Below are positions 50,213 through 60,961 of a stretch of DNA of 64,000 nt, piece by piece. This DNA comes from an uncultured bacterium. GTDB lineage: Bacteria; Acidobacteriota; Aminicenantia; Aminicenantales; Saccharicenantaceae. The stretch covers positions 2,108-66,107 of the forward strand of contig CALEUG010000003.1 in NCBI GenBank assembly GCA_937920515.1. The letters are read 5' to 3'. The notes under the pieces are model-generated. The model was given only the letters and a program-made list of their open reading frames with translations. It made no database searches and was not told where the DNA came from. The translations under genes and the position numbers were made by a program. Each line of letters opens with the position of its first letter. Within the stretch, counting starts at the first letter, position 1.

Positions 50213-51601
50213 ATGGCCGTTTTGTCTCTGGGACAGGTAGCGCAGCTGGTCGGAGGCCGCTTGCTTCAGGGCCGGCCCGAGGCTCTGATCCTGTCCTACA
50301 TCTTTGATTCCAGGCAGGCCACCCCGGGAGCCCTGTTTTTTGCTCTCAGGGACAGGCGAGACGGCCATCAGTTCGTCCGCGACGCGCGGGAGAAAGGCGC
50401 GGCGGCCGCCTGCATCTCCCAGGATGTGGGCAGTTTCCCGCCGGACTTCGGGTTGATAAAAGTCGACGATACCCTGAAGGCCCTGCAAACCCTGGCTGCC
50501 CGGTGGCTCAACCTCCATCCGGTCAAGGTCGTGGGCATCACCGGCAGCGTGGGCAAGACTTCAACCAAGGAATTTACCGCCCGCCTGCTCCAGGAAAAAT
50601 TCCAGGTGCTGAAATCGCCCGGCAATTTCAACAACCAGATCGGCCTGCCCATCTCCATACTATCAATGAACGGCTCCCAGGAAATCGCCATCCTGGAAAT
50701 GGGGATGAGCCAGCCTGGAGAAATCAGGCAGCTTACCGAAATCGCCCCGCCCGACGTGGCGGTTATAACCCGCATTGCCCCGGTTCACCTGGAGTTCTTC
50801 CGGGACCTGGAAGAGATAGCCCTGGCCAAGAAAGAAATCCTGGACGGGGCCAGGCCGGGGGCCCTGGCGGTACTGAACGGTAATGACCCTCTTCTCAGAA
50901 AAATCGGCTCGGCCTGGAGAGGTGGCCGGGTGATGTATTACGGCCTTGGGCAGGATTTTCCGGTCAGGGCCGAAAACATTGAACATCTCGGGCTTCAGGG
51001 CATTCGCCTTGAACTTGTCATGGGAGAGGAACGGGCTTCTCTCCGGGTGCCTTTCCTGAACCAGGCCCTGGTCTCAAACCTCCTGGCTGCCTGCGCCGTG
51101 GCCCATTCCTTCAGACTTAAAATCCAGGAGCTTCTGCCGGCTCTCCATGACCTGCCAGCCATAGAACACCGTGGCCAGCTCCTGGAATTAAAGAACGGAA
51201 TTAGAGTCTACGATGATTCTTACAATTCCAACCCGGTGGCGTTAAAAGCCGTGCTGGAGAGCCTGGGCCGCATTCCGGCCCGCCGGAAAATCGCGGTCCT
51301 GGGCGACATGCTGGAACTCGGCCCGGAAGAAATTAACTTTCACCGCCAGGCCGGGGCCAGGATTCCCGAAAACAGCTGGGATGTCCTGGTAACCGTTGGC
51401 CCGAGGGCCAGGCACCTGGCCGAAGCGGCAGTAGAAAACGGATTCAACCCCCGGTCTGTCCATTCCTTCGATGAAGCCCTGGAGGCAGCCGGCTGGCTGC
51501 TTGATTTTATCCAGGCCGGGGACCTGGTTCTTATCAAGGGTTCCCACGGCCTGGCCCTCGACCGCATAGTGACTTTTCTAAAAAAAGAGAAGGAGGCCTG
51601 A
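50213..51601 (+). CDS. murF: UDP-N-acetylmuramoyl-tripeptide--D-alanyl-D-alanine ligase
   Basis: GITGSVGKTSTKE Mur ligase motif. Position. Confidence 0.9.
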   Translation: MAVLSLGQVAQLVGGRLLQGRPEALILSYIFDSRQATPGALFFALRDRRDGHQFVRDAREKGAAAACISQDVGSFPPDFGLIKVDDTLKALQTLAARWLNLHPVKVVGITGSVGKTSTKEFTARLLQEKFQVLKSPGNFNNQIGLPISILSMNGSQEIAILEMGMSQPGEIRQLTEIAPPDVAVITRIAPVHLEFFRDLEEIALAKKEILDGARPGALAVLNGNDPLLRKIGSAWRGGRVMYYGLGQDFPVRAENIEHLGLQGIRLELVMGEERASLRVPFLNQALVSNLLAACAVAHSFRLKIQELLPALHDLPAIEHRGQLLELKNGIRVYDDSYNSNPVALKAVLESLGRIPARRKIAVLGDMLELGPEEINFHRQAGARIPENSWDVLVTVGPRARHLAEAAVENGFNPRSVHSFDEALEAAGWLLDFIQAGDLVLIKGSHGLALDRIVTFLKKEKEA

Positions 51602-51602
51602 A

Positions 51603-52691
51603 GTGCTGTACTGGTTGCTTGTTCCGCTCAGGGAGTATTACTTCTTTTTCAACGTCTTCCGTTACATCACGGTCAGGACTGCCCTGGGCGGAATCACCGC
51701 CCTGCTGTTGATGTTCACTTTAACTCCCCTTTTCATCAGTCTCCTGAAAAAACACCAGGTCGGACAGGAAATAAGGCAGGAAGGACCGTCCAGCCATCTC
51801 AACAAGAAGGGCACACCTTCCATGGGCGGGTTGATGATCATCGGGGCAACCCTGTTGTCCACCCTGCTCTGGGGCAACCTGAAAAATATCTACGTCTGGC
51901 TGGCCATGGGCGGGATGCTGTTCTTCGGGGCAATCGGTTTTGCCGACGATTACATAAAATACCGTTCGCGGCGTTCCCTGGGCCTGACCCCCCGGCAGAA
52001 ACTTGTACTGCAATTCCTGGTGTCAGGGGCGCTGGCCCTGGCCCTGGTTCTGATCGGATTCAGGGGTCAGTTCAGCCTGAACCTGACCTTCCCGTTTTTT
52101 AAGGAATGGACACCGTACCTGGGCTGGCTTTACCTGCCCTGGATCCTGTTCATACTGGTTGGCTCGTCCAACTCGGTCAACCTGGCCGATGGCCTGGATG
52201 GGCTGGCCATAGGCTTGACCCTGATCGCCTCTGTGGCCCTGACCGCCCTGACCTATGTCGCCGGCCACGCCGTCTGGTCCCAGTACCTCAACATCCTGAG
52301 AGTCCCCCTGGCCGCCGAGCTGACCGTGTTCGTCGGCGCCCTGTCCGGAGCCTGCCTGGGTTTTCTGTGGTTTAACTGCCACCCGGCCGAAATATTCATG
52401 GGCGATGTCGGAGCCCTGTCGCTGGGAGGTACCCTGGGACTGATTGCCATCCTGATCAAGCAGGAATTCCTGCTGTTCGCCGTGGCCGGAGTCTTCATCC
52501 TGGAAGCCCTGTCGGTGATGCTCCAGGTTTCCTACTTCAAGCTCTCTGGCGGCAAAAGAATCTTCAGGATGGCTCCCCTGCACCATCATTTTGAGCTGGC
52601 CGGATGGCCGGAAGAAAAGGTGGTCATCCGTTTCTGGATAATAGGCATAATATTCGCCATGTTCAGCTTAACCACGTTGAAGTTGAGGTAA
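51603..52691 (+). CDS. mraY: phospho-N-acetylmuramoyl-pentapeptide transferase
   Basis: Multi-TM. NxxNxxDGxDGL motif (NSVNLADGLDGLAIG). GTG start after AGGAGG. Confidence 0.9.
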   Translation: MLYWLLVPLREYYFFFNVFRYITVRTALGGITALLLMFTLTPLFISLLKKHQVGQEIRQEGPSSHLNKKGTPSMGGLMIIGATLLSTLLWGNLKNIYVWLAMGGMLFFGAIGFADDYIKYRSRRSLGLTPRQKLVLQFLVSGALALALVLIGFRGQFSLNLTFPFFKEWTPYLGWLYLPWILFILVGSSNSVNLADGLDGLAIGLTLIASVALTALTYVAGHAVWSQYLNILRVPLAAELTVFVGALSGACLGFLWFNCHPAEIFMGDVGALSLGGTLGLIAILIKQEFLLFAVAGVFILEALSVMLQVSYFKLSGGKRIFRMAPLHHHFELAGWPEEKVVIRFWIIGIIFAMFSLTTLKLR

Positions 52692-52693
52692 GA

Positions 52694-54058
52694 ATGGAGC
52701 TCAAAGGGAAAAACGTCGTGGTTGTGGGCTTCGCCCGAACCGGCCAGGCCGTCTGCGATTTTCTGCTGGAAAAAGAAGTCGGCCGGCTGACTGTCAGCGA
52801 CCGCAAACCAGAAGGCGAGCTGGAGGGGGTGGCGGAATACCGGAAAAGGGGCGTGGAATTTGACTGCGGTCGGCACCGACTGGAGCTTTTCCTGGCAGCT
52901 GACCTGATCGTGGTCAGCCCGGGAGTTCCCCCTCTCCCGGAAATCCTGGAGGCTCGAGAGAAGGGTGTAAAGGTAATTTCTGAGATAGAACTGGCCTATC
53001 GCTTCCTGAACTGCAGCCTTATCGGCATTACCGGCTCCAACGGGAAATCCACCACCACTACCCTGATCTACAACATGCTCAAAAATAGCGGCCTGAAGGT
53101 CCACCTGACCGGGAATATCGGCAGGCCGCTGATTTCCTTCGTTAAAAAGAGCCGGCCGGGCCACACCATAGTTACCGAAATCTCCAGCTTTCAGCTGGAA
53201 TTTACCGAAAATTTTCGCACTGACATCGCGGTCTTTCTCAATCTTTCACCCAACCACCTCGACTGGCATAAGACCTACGAAAACTATATCCGGGCCAAGA
53301 AGAAACTCTTCGACCAACAACGGCCCGGAGACCTGACTGTCCTCAACCGCGACGACGCCGTCCTCTGGAGCTGGCGCCGCGATAAAAAATCAGAACTCTA
53401 TGCTTTCAGCCGAAAGCATAAAGTACCCCGGGGTTGCTACCTCAAGGACTCAACTGTCTGGTTGAAGCTTGAGGAAGAGCTTCCGGTAATAAAAAACAGG
53501 GACATCAAGCTGAGAGGGGTTCACAACCTGGAAAACGTCATGGCTGCTGCCCTTACCGCCCGTCTGGCCAGGGCCAGTCTGCCGGCCATCCAGCAAACCA
53601 TCAGAGATTTCAGGGGGTTAGAACACCGACTGGAAGAAGTTCGAACCATAAACCGGGTCCTGTTCGTGAACGACTCCAAAGCTACCACCGTGGCCGCTAC
53701 CGTTAAAGCTGTTCAGTCCTACTCACGCCCAATCGTGCTAATCCTCGGGGGGCGCGACAAGGGGGGAGACTTCTCCCCCCTGCGTCGCGCGCTAAAAAAC
53801 AGGGTCAGGAAAGTCCTGCTGATAGGAGAAGCCAGGGAGAAAATAAGAAAAGCGCTGGCCGGAGCTTTCCCGCTGGAGGAAGTCAGTACCTTCCGGGAGC
53901 TGGTGACCAGGGCCTACCAGGTGGCCAGACCGGGTGACGTCGTGCTGCTGGCGCCGGCCTGCACCTCCTGGGACATGTTCAGGAACTTTGAGGAACGAGG
54001 CCGGCTGTTCAAAAAAGAAGTAAATTATCTGGCCAGGAAACTGGCCAGGAGGAAATAG
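52694..54058 (+). CDS. murD: UDP-N-acetylmuramoylalanine--D-glutamate ligase
   Basis: N-terminal Rossmann VVVGFARTG. GITGSNGKSTTT. Start set at ATG 52694 after the mraY stop. Confidence 0.9.
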   Translation: MELKGKNVVVVGFARTGQAVCDFLLEKEVGRLTVSDRKPEGELEGVAEYRKRGVEFDCGRHRLELFLAADLIVVSPGVPPLPEILEAREKGVKVISEIELAYRFLNCSLIGITGSNGKSTTTTLIYNMLKNSGLKVHLTGNIGRPLISFVKKSRPGHTIVTEISSFQLEFTENFRTDIAVFLNLSPNHLDWHKTYENYIRAKKKLFDQQRPGDLTVLNRDDAVLWSWRRDKKSELYAFSRKHKVPRGCYLKDSTVWLKLEEELPVIKNRDIKLRGVHNLENVMAAALTARLARASLPAIQQTIRDFRGLEHRLEEVRTINRVLFVNDSKATTVAATVKAVQSYSRPIVLILGGRDKGGDFSPLRRALKNRVRKVLLIGEAREKIRKALAGAFPLEEVSTFRELVTRAYQVARPGDVVLLAPACTSWDMFRNFEERGRLFKKEVNYLARKLARRK

Positions 54059-54063
54059 AGCTG

Positions 54064-55176
54064 ATGGAAGTCTTCAAGAGATTTGCCTTCGACAAGGTCC
54101 TCCTGGTCAACACCCTGCTGCTGCTCATACTGGGCATTATCATGGTCTTCAGTTCCTCGGCCATCCTGGCCAGCGAAAAATACCGGCAGAGCTTCTACTT
54201 CCTGACCAACCAGATTGTGGCCGCGGTTTTCGGGTTGATACTGATGGTCATAGTGGCTTCCATCCGGGAACCATTCTTCACCATGACCAGGCTGATCTAC
54301 CTGGCTACCGCTTTTACCTTCCTGCTTCTGGTTCTCTGCCTGGTCATGCCGCCCTCGGCCAATGCTCACCGCTGGGTCCAGTTGATGGGGGTTCGTTTCC
54401 AGCCGTCCGAGCTGGCCAAGGTGGTCCTGATTCTTTTCCTGGCAAATTTCTGCTACCGGAAAGCCGACATCATCAACCACTGGAAAACACTTTTGGTTCC
54501 GGTGGGCGTGGTGCTGGCCTTTATCCTGGTCATCCTGTTAGAGCCGGATTACAGCACGGCCGTTTTCATCTTCCTGATTTCTTCACTGATGCTCTACCTG
54601 GGCGGGGTCAAACTCAAGTACTTCGCTCCGCCGGCCGTGGCCCTGCTGGTCATATTCATAGTCTTCCTTTTCTCGGCCGATTACCGGGTGAACAGGCTGC
54701 AAGTATTCTTATCGCCGGACCAGGACCCGCTGGGCAAGGCCTTTCAGGTCAGGCAGTCCAGGCTGGCTGTCGGGGCCGGGGGGCTGCTGGGGGTGAGCAT
54801 CGGCTCTTCCACCCAGAAACTCTACTTCCTGCCCTGCGCCCACACCGACTTCATCTTTGCCATCATAGGCGAGGAGGTCGGGTTGCTGGGCACCCTAAGC
54901 ACGGTCGGACTGTTCCTGCTCTTCCTGTTCCGCGGTCTGAAGATAGCAGGCCGTACCTTAAACGCCAACCACCGGCTGGTAGCCTACGGGCTGACCCTGA
55001 GTATAATCATCCAGGCTCTCCTGAACATCAGCGTGGTCCTGGGGCTGGGACCGGTTACCGGCATTCCCCTGCCCTTCATTTCTTTCGGACGTTCGGCCCT
55101 GGTCTGCAACCTGCTGGCCGTGGGCCTGCTGCTGAATATTTCTCAAAGAAAGCTGGAGGTTACCCCGTCAACATGA
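54064..55176 (+). CDS. ftsW: SEDS-family peptidoglycan glycosyltransferase / lipid II flippase FtsW
   Basis: 10-TM SEDS protein in the canonical dcw position. Confidence 0.85.
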   Translation: MEVFKRFAFDKVLLVNTLLLLILGIIMVFSSSAILASEKYRQSFYFLTNQIVAAVFGLILMVIVASIREPFFTMTRLIYLATAFTFLLLVLCLVMPPSANAHRWVQLMGVRFQPSELAKVVLILFLANFCYRKADIINHWKTLLVPVGVVLAFILVILLEPDYSTAVFIFLISSLMLYLGGVKLKYFAPPAVALLVIFIVFLFSADYRVNRLQVFLSPDQDPLGKAFQVRQSRLAVGAGGLLGVSIGSSTQKLYFLPCAHTDFIFAIIGEEVGLLGTLSTVGLFLLFLFRGLKIAGRTLNANHRLVAYGLTLSIIIQALLNISVVLGLGPVTGIPLPFISFGRSALVCNLLAVGLLLNISQRKLEVTPST

Positions 55177-56273
55177 AACGGAACACAGTGATCATAAGCG
55201 GCGGCGGAACTGGCGGACATCTCTACCCGGCCCTGGTCCTCGGCCGCACCCTGCTCCGCCTGCAACCCGACCTCCGGCTGGTCTATGTCGGCAGTTCCAG
55301 GGCCGTCGAAAAAAAGATCATGTCGGCTGAAGTCAACCGCTTTCTGACCCTGCCGGTGGAAGGACTTAAAGGCAGGGGGCTAAAGAAACTGCGCGGCCTG
55401 GTCCTGCTCCCGCTGGCTTTTCTGAAGTCATTCTACATATTGCTGCGATTCCGTCCGGACCTGGTGGTTGGAGTCGGCGGTTTCAGCTCCGGTCCGATTG
55501 TGCTGCTGGCCGCCCTGATGAAAAAGCCAGCGGTCATCCTGGAGCAGAATGCCCTGCCCGGTTTCACCAACCGCCAGCTCAGCCGCTTCGTCGACCTGGT
55601 GGTGGTCTCCTTCGCCAGTTCGCTCCACTATTTCGGAGACAAGGCGGTGCTGGTGGGCAACCCGGTCCGCCCGGAATTCTACGAAATTCCAAAAAAACAA
55701 AGAGAACAGGCACTGACCCTGCTTATTTTCGGAGGGAGCCAGGGGTCAAAGTTCCTTAACGACCGGTTGATTGAGTCTCTTGACCGGCTGGAGGAACTCA
55801 GGGATTCGCTGGTCATTTATCATCAGACCGGAGAAAGGGACCTCGATCGGGTCAGCCGGGCATACAGCCAGCACGGCTTTTCCCGGGCTGTGGTGGCCGC
55901 CTTCTTTTCACCCATGGCCGATTATTTGGCCCGGGCCGACCTGGTCATCTGCCGGGCCGGGGCTACCACCTGTGCCGAGCTGGTGGCGGGGCGGAAACCT
56001 GCGCTGCTGGTTCCTTTTGCCGCGGCTACCGACAACCACCAGGAATTCAACGCTCGCGAACTGGAAAAGGCCGGCGGAGCCGAGGTTATCCTGGAAAAGG
56101 ATTTTCAGCCAGGGCTGCTGGCAGAAAAAGTAAAGTACTACCTGAACCATAAAGAAGTTCTCGACCGGATGGAAGAAAACCTGGAAAGAATCCGGCCGGA
56201 GGGCGTGGCCGAAAAAATTGCCGGTCTCTGCCTGGAGAGGATGAAGGCTCGCACCGGAGGCACCCGTGGTTAA
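55173..56273 (+). CDS. murG: undecaprenyldiphospho-muramoylpentapeptide beta-N-acetylglucosaminyltransferase
   Basis: ISGGGTGGHLYPAL N-terminus. GT28 family. Confidence 0.9.
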   Translation: MKRNTVIISGGGTGGHLYPALVLGRTLLRLQPDLRLVYVGSSRAVEKKIMSAEVNRFLTLPVEGLKGRGLKKLRGLVLLPLAFLKSFYILLRFRPDLVVGVGGFSSGPIVLLAALMKKPAVILEQNALPGFTNRQLSRFVDLVVVSFASSLHYFGDKAVLVGNPVRPEFYEIPKKQREQALTLLIFGGSQGSKFLNDRLIESLDRLEELRDSLVIYHQTGERDLDRVSRAYSQHGFSRAVVAAFFSPMADYLARADLVICRAGATTCAELVAGRKPALLVPFAAATDNHQEFNARELEKAGGAEVILEKDFQPGLLAEKVKYYLNHKEVLDRMEENLERIRPEGVAEKIAGLCLERMKARTGGTRG

Positions 56274-57666
56274 GAAAGTTTACCGCAAGTTGAATCGCAT
56301 TCACATGGTGGGCATCGGCGGCACGGGAATGTGCGGGATCGCCGAAGTCTTGCTCAATCTGGGTTACCAGGTTTCCGGCTCGGACCTGCAGGAAAACGAG
56401 GCCACCCAGAGGCTGGCCAGGCTCGGCGCCATAATCCACCGCGGCCATGCCGCCGAAAATGTCGGACAGGCGGACGTGGTGGTCATCTCTTCCGCGGTGC
56501 GGGAGGACAACGTGGAAGTGCTCCAGGCCCGGGCTCGCAAGATCCCGGTTATTCCCCGGGCCGAAATGCTGGCCGAGCTCATGCGGATGAAATACGGCAT
56601 CGCTGTGGCCGGGGCCCACGGCAAGACCACCACCACTTCCATGACGGCCATGGTGCTGGAAATGGCCGGTCTGGACCCGACGGTCATAGTCGGCGGCCGA
56701 CTCAACACCTTCGGGGCCAACGCCCGCCTGGGCGAGGGAGATTTCATCGTGGCCGAGGCCGACGAAAGCGACCGCTCCTTCCTCTATCTTTCGCCCTTCA
56801 TCGCTGTCCTGACCAATATCGACGCCGAACACCTGGACCATTACGGCACCCTGGACGAAGTCAAGAAGACCTTCGTCAGCTTCGCCAATAAAGTGCCCTT
56901 TTACTGTCCGGTTATCCTGTGCCTGGACGACCCCAACCTGCAATCCATAATCCCCGCACTGGAAAGGAAGATCATTACCTACGGCTTCAGCTCCCAGGCT
57001 GACATCCAGGCCCGGGATTTTTCCTTTTCCGAATTTTCCAGCCAGTCAACTCTTTATGCCTTCGGGAAGCGGCTGGGACACCTGAAGCTCAACGTTCCCG
57101 GTAAACATAACATACTCAACGCCATGGCGGCCACGGCCGTCGGGCTGGACCTGGACGTCCCGGCCCGGACCATCCTCAAGGCCCTGGAGGAATACTCCGG
57201 AACCGGCCGCCGCTTTGAGCTGAAGGGCACGGTCAGGGACATCATGGTCATAGAAGATTACGCCCACCACCCGACCGAAATCCGGGCCACCCTGGAGGCG
57301 GCGAGGACTGGCTGGAGTAGAAGGCTGGTGGCTGTTTTCCAGCCTCACCGCTACAGCCGGCTGGCCCGCCTGCTCCCCGATTTTGCCACCGCCTTCAATC
57401 AGGCCGACATTCTTCTGGTGACCGAAATTTATGCCGCCGGGGAGGACCCTGTCGAGGGAGTCAGCGGCCAGGCCCTGTTTGAGGCCATCAGGCAGTTTGG
57501 CCACAAGAATGTGCTCTTTGAGCCGATCCTGAACCGGATACCCTCAAGGCTGGCCGAAATCCTTCGTCCGGATGATATGCTCCTCGTCCTGGGAGCTGGA
57601 AATATCAGCCGGATTATTCCGGACATCCTGAAGCTGCTGCAGGGAGAAGACAACCATGGCCGTTGA
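56266..57666 (+). CDS. murC: UDP-N-acetylmuramate--L-alanine ligase
   Basis: HMVGIGGTGMCGIAEVL, GAHGKTTTTSM. Confidence 0.9.
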   Translation: MVKKVYRKLNRIHMVGIGGTGMCGIAEVLLNLGYQVSGSDLQENEATQRLARLGAIIHRGHAAENVGQADVVVISSAVREDNVEVLQARARKIPVIPRAEMLAELMRMKYGIAVAGAHGKTTTTSMTAMVLEMAGLDPTVIVGGRLNTFGANARLGEGDFIVAEADESDRSFLYLSPFIAVLTNIDAEHLDHYGTLDEVKKTFVSFANKVPFYCPVILCLDDPNLQSIIPALERKIITYGFSSQADIQARDFSFSEFSSQSTLYAFGKRLGHLKLNVPGKHNILNAMAATAVGLDLDVPARTILKALEEYSGTGRRFELKGTVRDIMVIEDYAHHPTEIRATLEAARTGWSRRLVAVFQPHRYSRLARLLPDFATAFNQADILLVTEIYAAGEDPVEGVSGQALFEAIRQFGHKNVLFEPILNRIPSRLAEILRPDDMLLVLGAGNISRIIPDILKLLQGEDNHGR

Positions 57667-58507
57667 GAACGGATATCCACTGAACCCCACCGGGACAGCA
57701 GTCTTCCACCGCTCGGCCCGACCGGTCGGGCTTAAGAGCAAGAGCGGGAAAAAGACCCTGCGCGGGACGCACCTGCTCGCTCTCTTCTTCAGCCTGATAC
57801 TGCTGTTCCTGGGCCTGGCCCAGCTGTATTACTACCTCATCACCTGCGATGCCCTGAGAATCAAGAAAGTGGAAGTTATTTCCTCCAGCCCGGAGCTCAA
57901 GCAGCGGGTTGAAGATTTCCTGAGAAGCCGGAATTTGGGCAACATCCTGATCTGCAACCTCGATTATCTCCGGTTGAATCTGACCTCCCTGCCCGGGGTC
58001 AAGGAAGTTCGGGCGGAAAAGATACTGCCCTCCACCCTCCGGGTTGAAGTCTATCCCGGGACGCCCAGGTTCTACATTCACAGGGGCCTGTATTTTTTGG
58101 TGGATGAAGAAGGAAAGCTTATCAGAAGCGAAGCTGAACCTTCCGACCAGAACTACCCGGTCCTGGAAGATGAAGCCGGTTTCAACCTGAACTACCAGGA
58201 AAAAGTCAGGCTGGCCTGGCAGGCCCTGAGCAGCCTGGAACCTGAAACCAGGCAGGCTATTCGCCGCCTGATTTTTTTGGCTGACCGGAGGCTGGAAGTG
58301 GAGCTGGCTGAAGACCCGGTCCGGATCATAATTAGCGCCGAAAATTTCCAGAAACAGTTGCCTTTCTACCTGGCTAACAGAGAAGCCTGGACCCGGCTGT
58401 TCGGCCCGCTGGAGTATGTGGACTTAAGAATTGAGGGTCGGGCCTACGTTAAGCCTCTGGAACTCTCGGCCCGGGACTCCAGGGGGCAGAAAAAGGAGGT
58501 AAGTTAA
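57656..58507 (+). CDS. ftsQ: cell division protein FtsQ/DivIB (POTRA domain)
   Basis: Single TM, POTRA-like region. Lies between murC and ftsA. Confidence 0.75.
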   Translation: MAVENGYPLNPTGTAVFHRSARPVGLKSKSGKKTLRGTHLLALFFSLILLFLGLAQLYYYLITCDALRIKKVEVISSSPELKQRVEDFLRSRNLGNILICNLDYLRLNLTSLPGVKEVRAEKILPSTLRVEVYPGTPRFYIHRGLYFLVDEEGKLIRSEAEPSDQNYPVLEDEAGFNLNYQEKVRLAWQALSSLEPETRQAIRRLIFLADRRLEVELAEDPVRIIISAENFQKQLPFYLANREAWTRLFGPLEYVDLRIEGRAYVKPLELSARDSRGQKKEVS

Positions 58508-59727
58508 TGGCCAGAAATAACTATCTGGTAGGTCTGGACATCGGCACCAAGAAGACGGTGGCCATCATCGGAGAAATCACCGAAGAGCAGAAGGTCGAAA
58601 TCATCGGCATCGGGGTGGCGGAATCCAAGGGCATCAGGAAGGGAGTGGTGGTCAACCTGGACCTCACCATATCAGCCATAAAAAGAGCCCAGGAAGAAGC
58701 CGAGCTGATGGCCGGCGTGGAGATAGAATCGGCCTACGTTGGCATCTCCGGCTCGCACATCAAGAGCTTCAACAGTCGCGGGGTGGTGGCCGTGTCCGGC
58801 AAGAACCGGGAGATTTCCCGGGAAGACATACGCCGGGTGATCGACCAGGCCCGGGCTTTGTCCATTCCACCCGACCGGGAAATAATTCACATCATTCCCC
58901 AGGAATTCATCGTGGATGAGCAGGACGGTATAAAGGACCCGCTGGGCATGAGCGGTATCAAGCTGGAGGTCAACGTCCACATCGTCACTTCGGCCATTAC
59001 CTCCATCCAGAACCTGAAGAACTGCCTGGACAGGGCCGGAATCGGCATCCAGGAAATAGTCCTGAACCAGATCGCCACCAGCCATTCGGTTTTGACCCAC
59101 GACGAGCGGGAGCTGGGAGTGGGTTTGATCGACATCGGAGCCGGCACCACCGAGGTGGCCATTTTCGAACGCGGTGCTCTATGGTACACCTCGACCATTC
59201 CTCTGGGCGGCGATAACTTCACCAACGATATTGCCGTGGGACTGCGGACACCGATTCCCGACGCCGAGAAAATCAAGAAGAAATACGGTTGCGTGGCCCT
59301 GCCGGTAACCGAGGAGCAGGACACCATCGAAGTACCAACCGTCGGCAAGGGTCGGAAATCGCGGATGATGTCCCGGCAGATCCTGGCTGACATCATCCAG
59401 CCCCGGGCCGAGGAAATCTTCCGCCTGGTGGACTCTGACATCAAGAGGATGGGCTACGAAAAGTCGCTCAATTCCGGTCTGGTCCTGACCGGGGGCACCG
59501 CCCTGCTGGACGGCCTGGAAGAGGTGGCCGAGGAAATATTCGACCTGCCGGTCAGGAGAGGAGACCCGAACTACATCGGCGGACTGATCGACCGCGTCAG
59601 CACGCCCGATTACGCCACGGCTGTCGGGCTCATCCTTTACGGATACAACCAGATCAGGGAACGCGGTTTCATCAAAGATAAAAAGAAAGGCTTCTGGACC
59701 AGGATTAAAGACTGGTTCAATGAATAA
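58507..59727 (+). CDS. ftsA: cell division protein FtsA
   Basis: Actin-like ATPase motifs ([18 protein letters not shown]). GGAGG RBS. Confidence 0.9.
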   Translation: MARNNYLVGLDIGTKKTVAIIGEITEEQKVEIIGIGVAESKGIRKGVVVNLDLTISAIKRAQEEAELMAGVEIESAYVGISGSHIKSFNSRGVVAVSGKNREISREDIRRVIDQARALSIPPDREIIHIIPQEFIVDEQDGIKDPLGMSGIKLEVNVHIVTSAITSIQNLKNCLDRAGIGIQEIVLNQIATSHSVLTHDERELGVGLIDIGAGTTEVAIFERGALWYTSTIPLGGDNFTNDIAVGLRTPIPDAEKIKKKYGCVALPVTEEQDTIEVPTVGKGRKSRMMSRQILADIIQPRAEEIFRLVDSDIKRMGYEKSLNSGLVLTGGTALLDGLEEVAEEIFDLPVRRGDPNYIGGLIDRVSTPDYATAVGLILYGYNQIRERGFIKDKKKGFWTRIKDWFNE

Positions 59728-59737
59728 GGAGGCAAAA

Positions 59738-60961
59738 ATGCGCGATGACTTCGGTAACAAGATCAAGTTTCACCTGGCAGAAGAAAATCCGGGAGCAAAA
59801 ATCAAGGTGATAGGAATCGGCGGCGGCGGGGGTAACGCCGTCAACCGGATGATAGAGAGCGGAATCGAAGGAGTGGAATTCATCGCCGTCAACACCGACC
59901 GCCAGGCCCTGAACAACAACCGGGCCCATCTCAAGGTCCAGGTCGGGAGCAAGCTGACCAAGGGCCTCGGCTCGGGCGGCGACCCCGAGGTCGGTCGCCA
60001 GGCAGCAGAAGAAGATACCGAGCGACTGGCTGAAATTCTGGAAGGGGCCGACATGGTCTTCCTGACCGCCGGCCTGGGTGGCGGCACCGGAACGGGGGCC
60101 ACTCCGGTCATCGCCAACCTGGCCTCCGGGATGGGCATACTGGTCATCGCCATCGTCACCATGCCCTTTGCCTTCGAGGGCAGGATCAGGGCCAAGAAGG
60201 CCGAAGAAGGCCTGCAGGAACTTAAATCGGTGGTGGATACAGTCATCGCCATTCCCAACCAGAGGTTGATTGATACGGTTAACCTGGATACCACCATTCC
60301 CGAGGCCTTCCGCATGGCCGACGATGTCCTGCGCCAGGCGGCTCAGGGTATTTCTGACCTGATCACCAGACCCGGCCTGATCAACCTGGATTTTGCTGAC
60401 GTCAAGTCCATTATGAAAGGCATGGGTATGGCCTTCATGGGCACCGGTATTGCCAGCGGGGAAAACCGGGCGGTGGAGGCAGCCCAGAAAGCCATCAGCA
60501 GCCCGCTGCTCATAGACACTTCCATAGAGGGAGCCCGGGGTGTGCTCATCAACATCACCGGTGGTAAGGACATGACCCTGCACGAAGTTTCCAAGGCCTC
60601 CCAGTTGATAACCAGCCTGGCCGATCCAGAAGCTAATATAATTTTCGGAACCGTCCTGGACGAAGAGGTCCGGGAAACCATCAAGGTTACGGTAATTGCC
60701 ACCGGCTTCAACCGCAAGAAACCAAGGACCGCTACCCCGGAAATCATCAGGAGACCGGCCAGCAGCCCGCCGACCCAGACGGCCGTCCTGGTCAAGAACG
60801 AAACCCCGCCTTATCTTTTTGAACCCAGGGGTGGGCAGGCCGTGCCGGCCATGGTGGAGCCGGCTCCCTCCGAAATCGACTGGAACGAACTCAACACCCC
60901 GGCCTTCATCAGGAAAACCAGACAGGGTTCGATGAGGAAAACGCCCAATGACCTGCGCTGA
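59738..60961 (+). CDS. ftsZ: cell division GTPase FtsZ
   Basis: Tubulin signature [22 protein letters not shown]. Start set at the ATG after AAGGAGG (ORF-track ATG 59720 overlaps the ftsA stop). Confidence 0.9.
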   Translation: MRDDFGNKIKFHLAEENPGAKIKVIGIGGGGGNAVNRMIESGIEGVEFIAVNTDRQALNNNRAHLKVQVGSKLTKGLGSGGDPEVGRQAAEEDTERLAEILEGADMVFLTAGLGGGTGTGATPVIANLASGMGILVIAIVTMPFAFEGRIRAKKAEEGLQELKSVVDTVIAIPNQRLIDTVNLDTTIPEAFRMADDVLRQAAQGISDLITRPGLINLDFADVKSIMKGMGMAFMGTGIASGENRAVEAAQKAISSPLLIDTSIEGARGVLINITGGKDMTLHEVSKASQLITSLADPEANIIFGTVLDEEVRETIKVTVIATGFNRKKPRTATPEIIRRPASSPPTQTAVLVKNETPPYLFEPRGGQAVPAMVEPAPSEIDWNELNTPAFIRKTRQGSMRKTPNDLR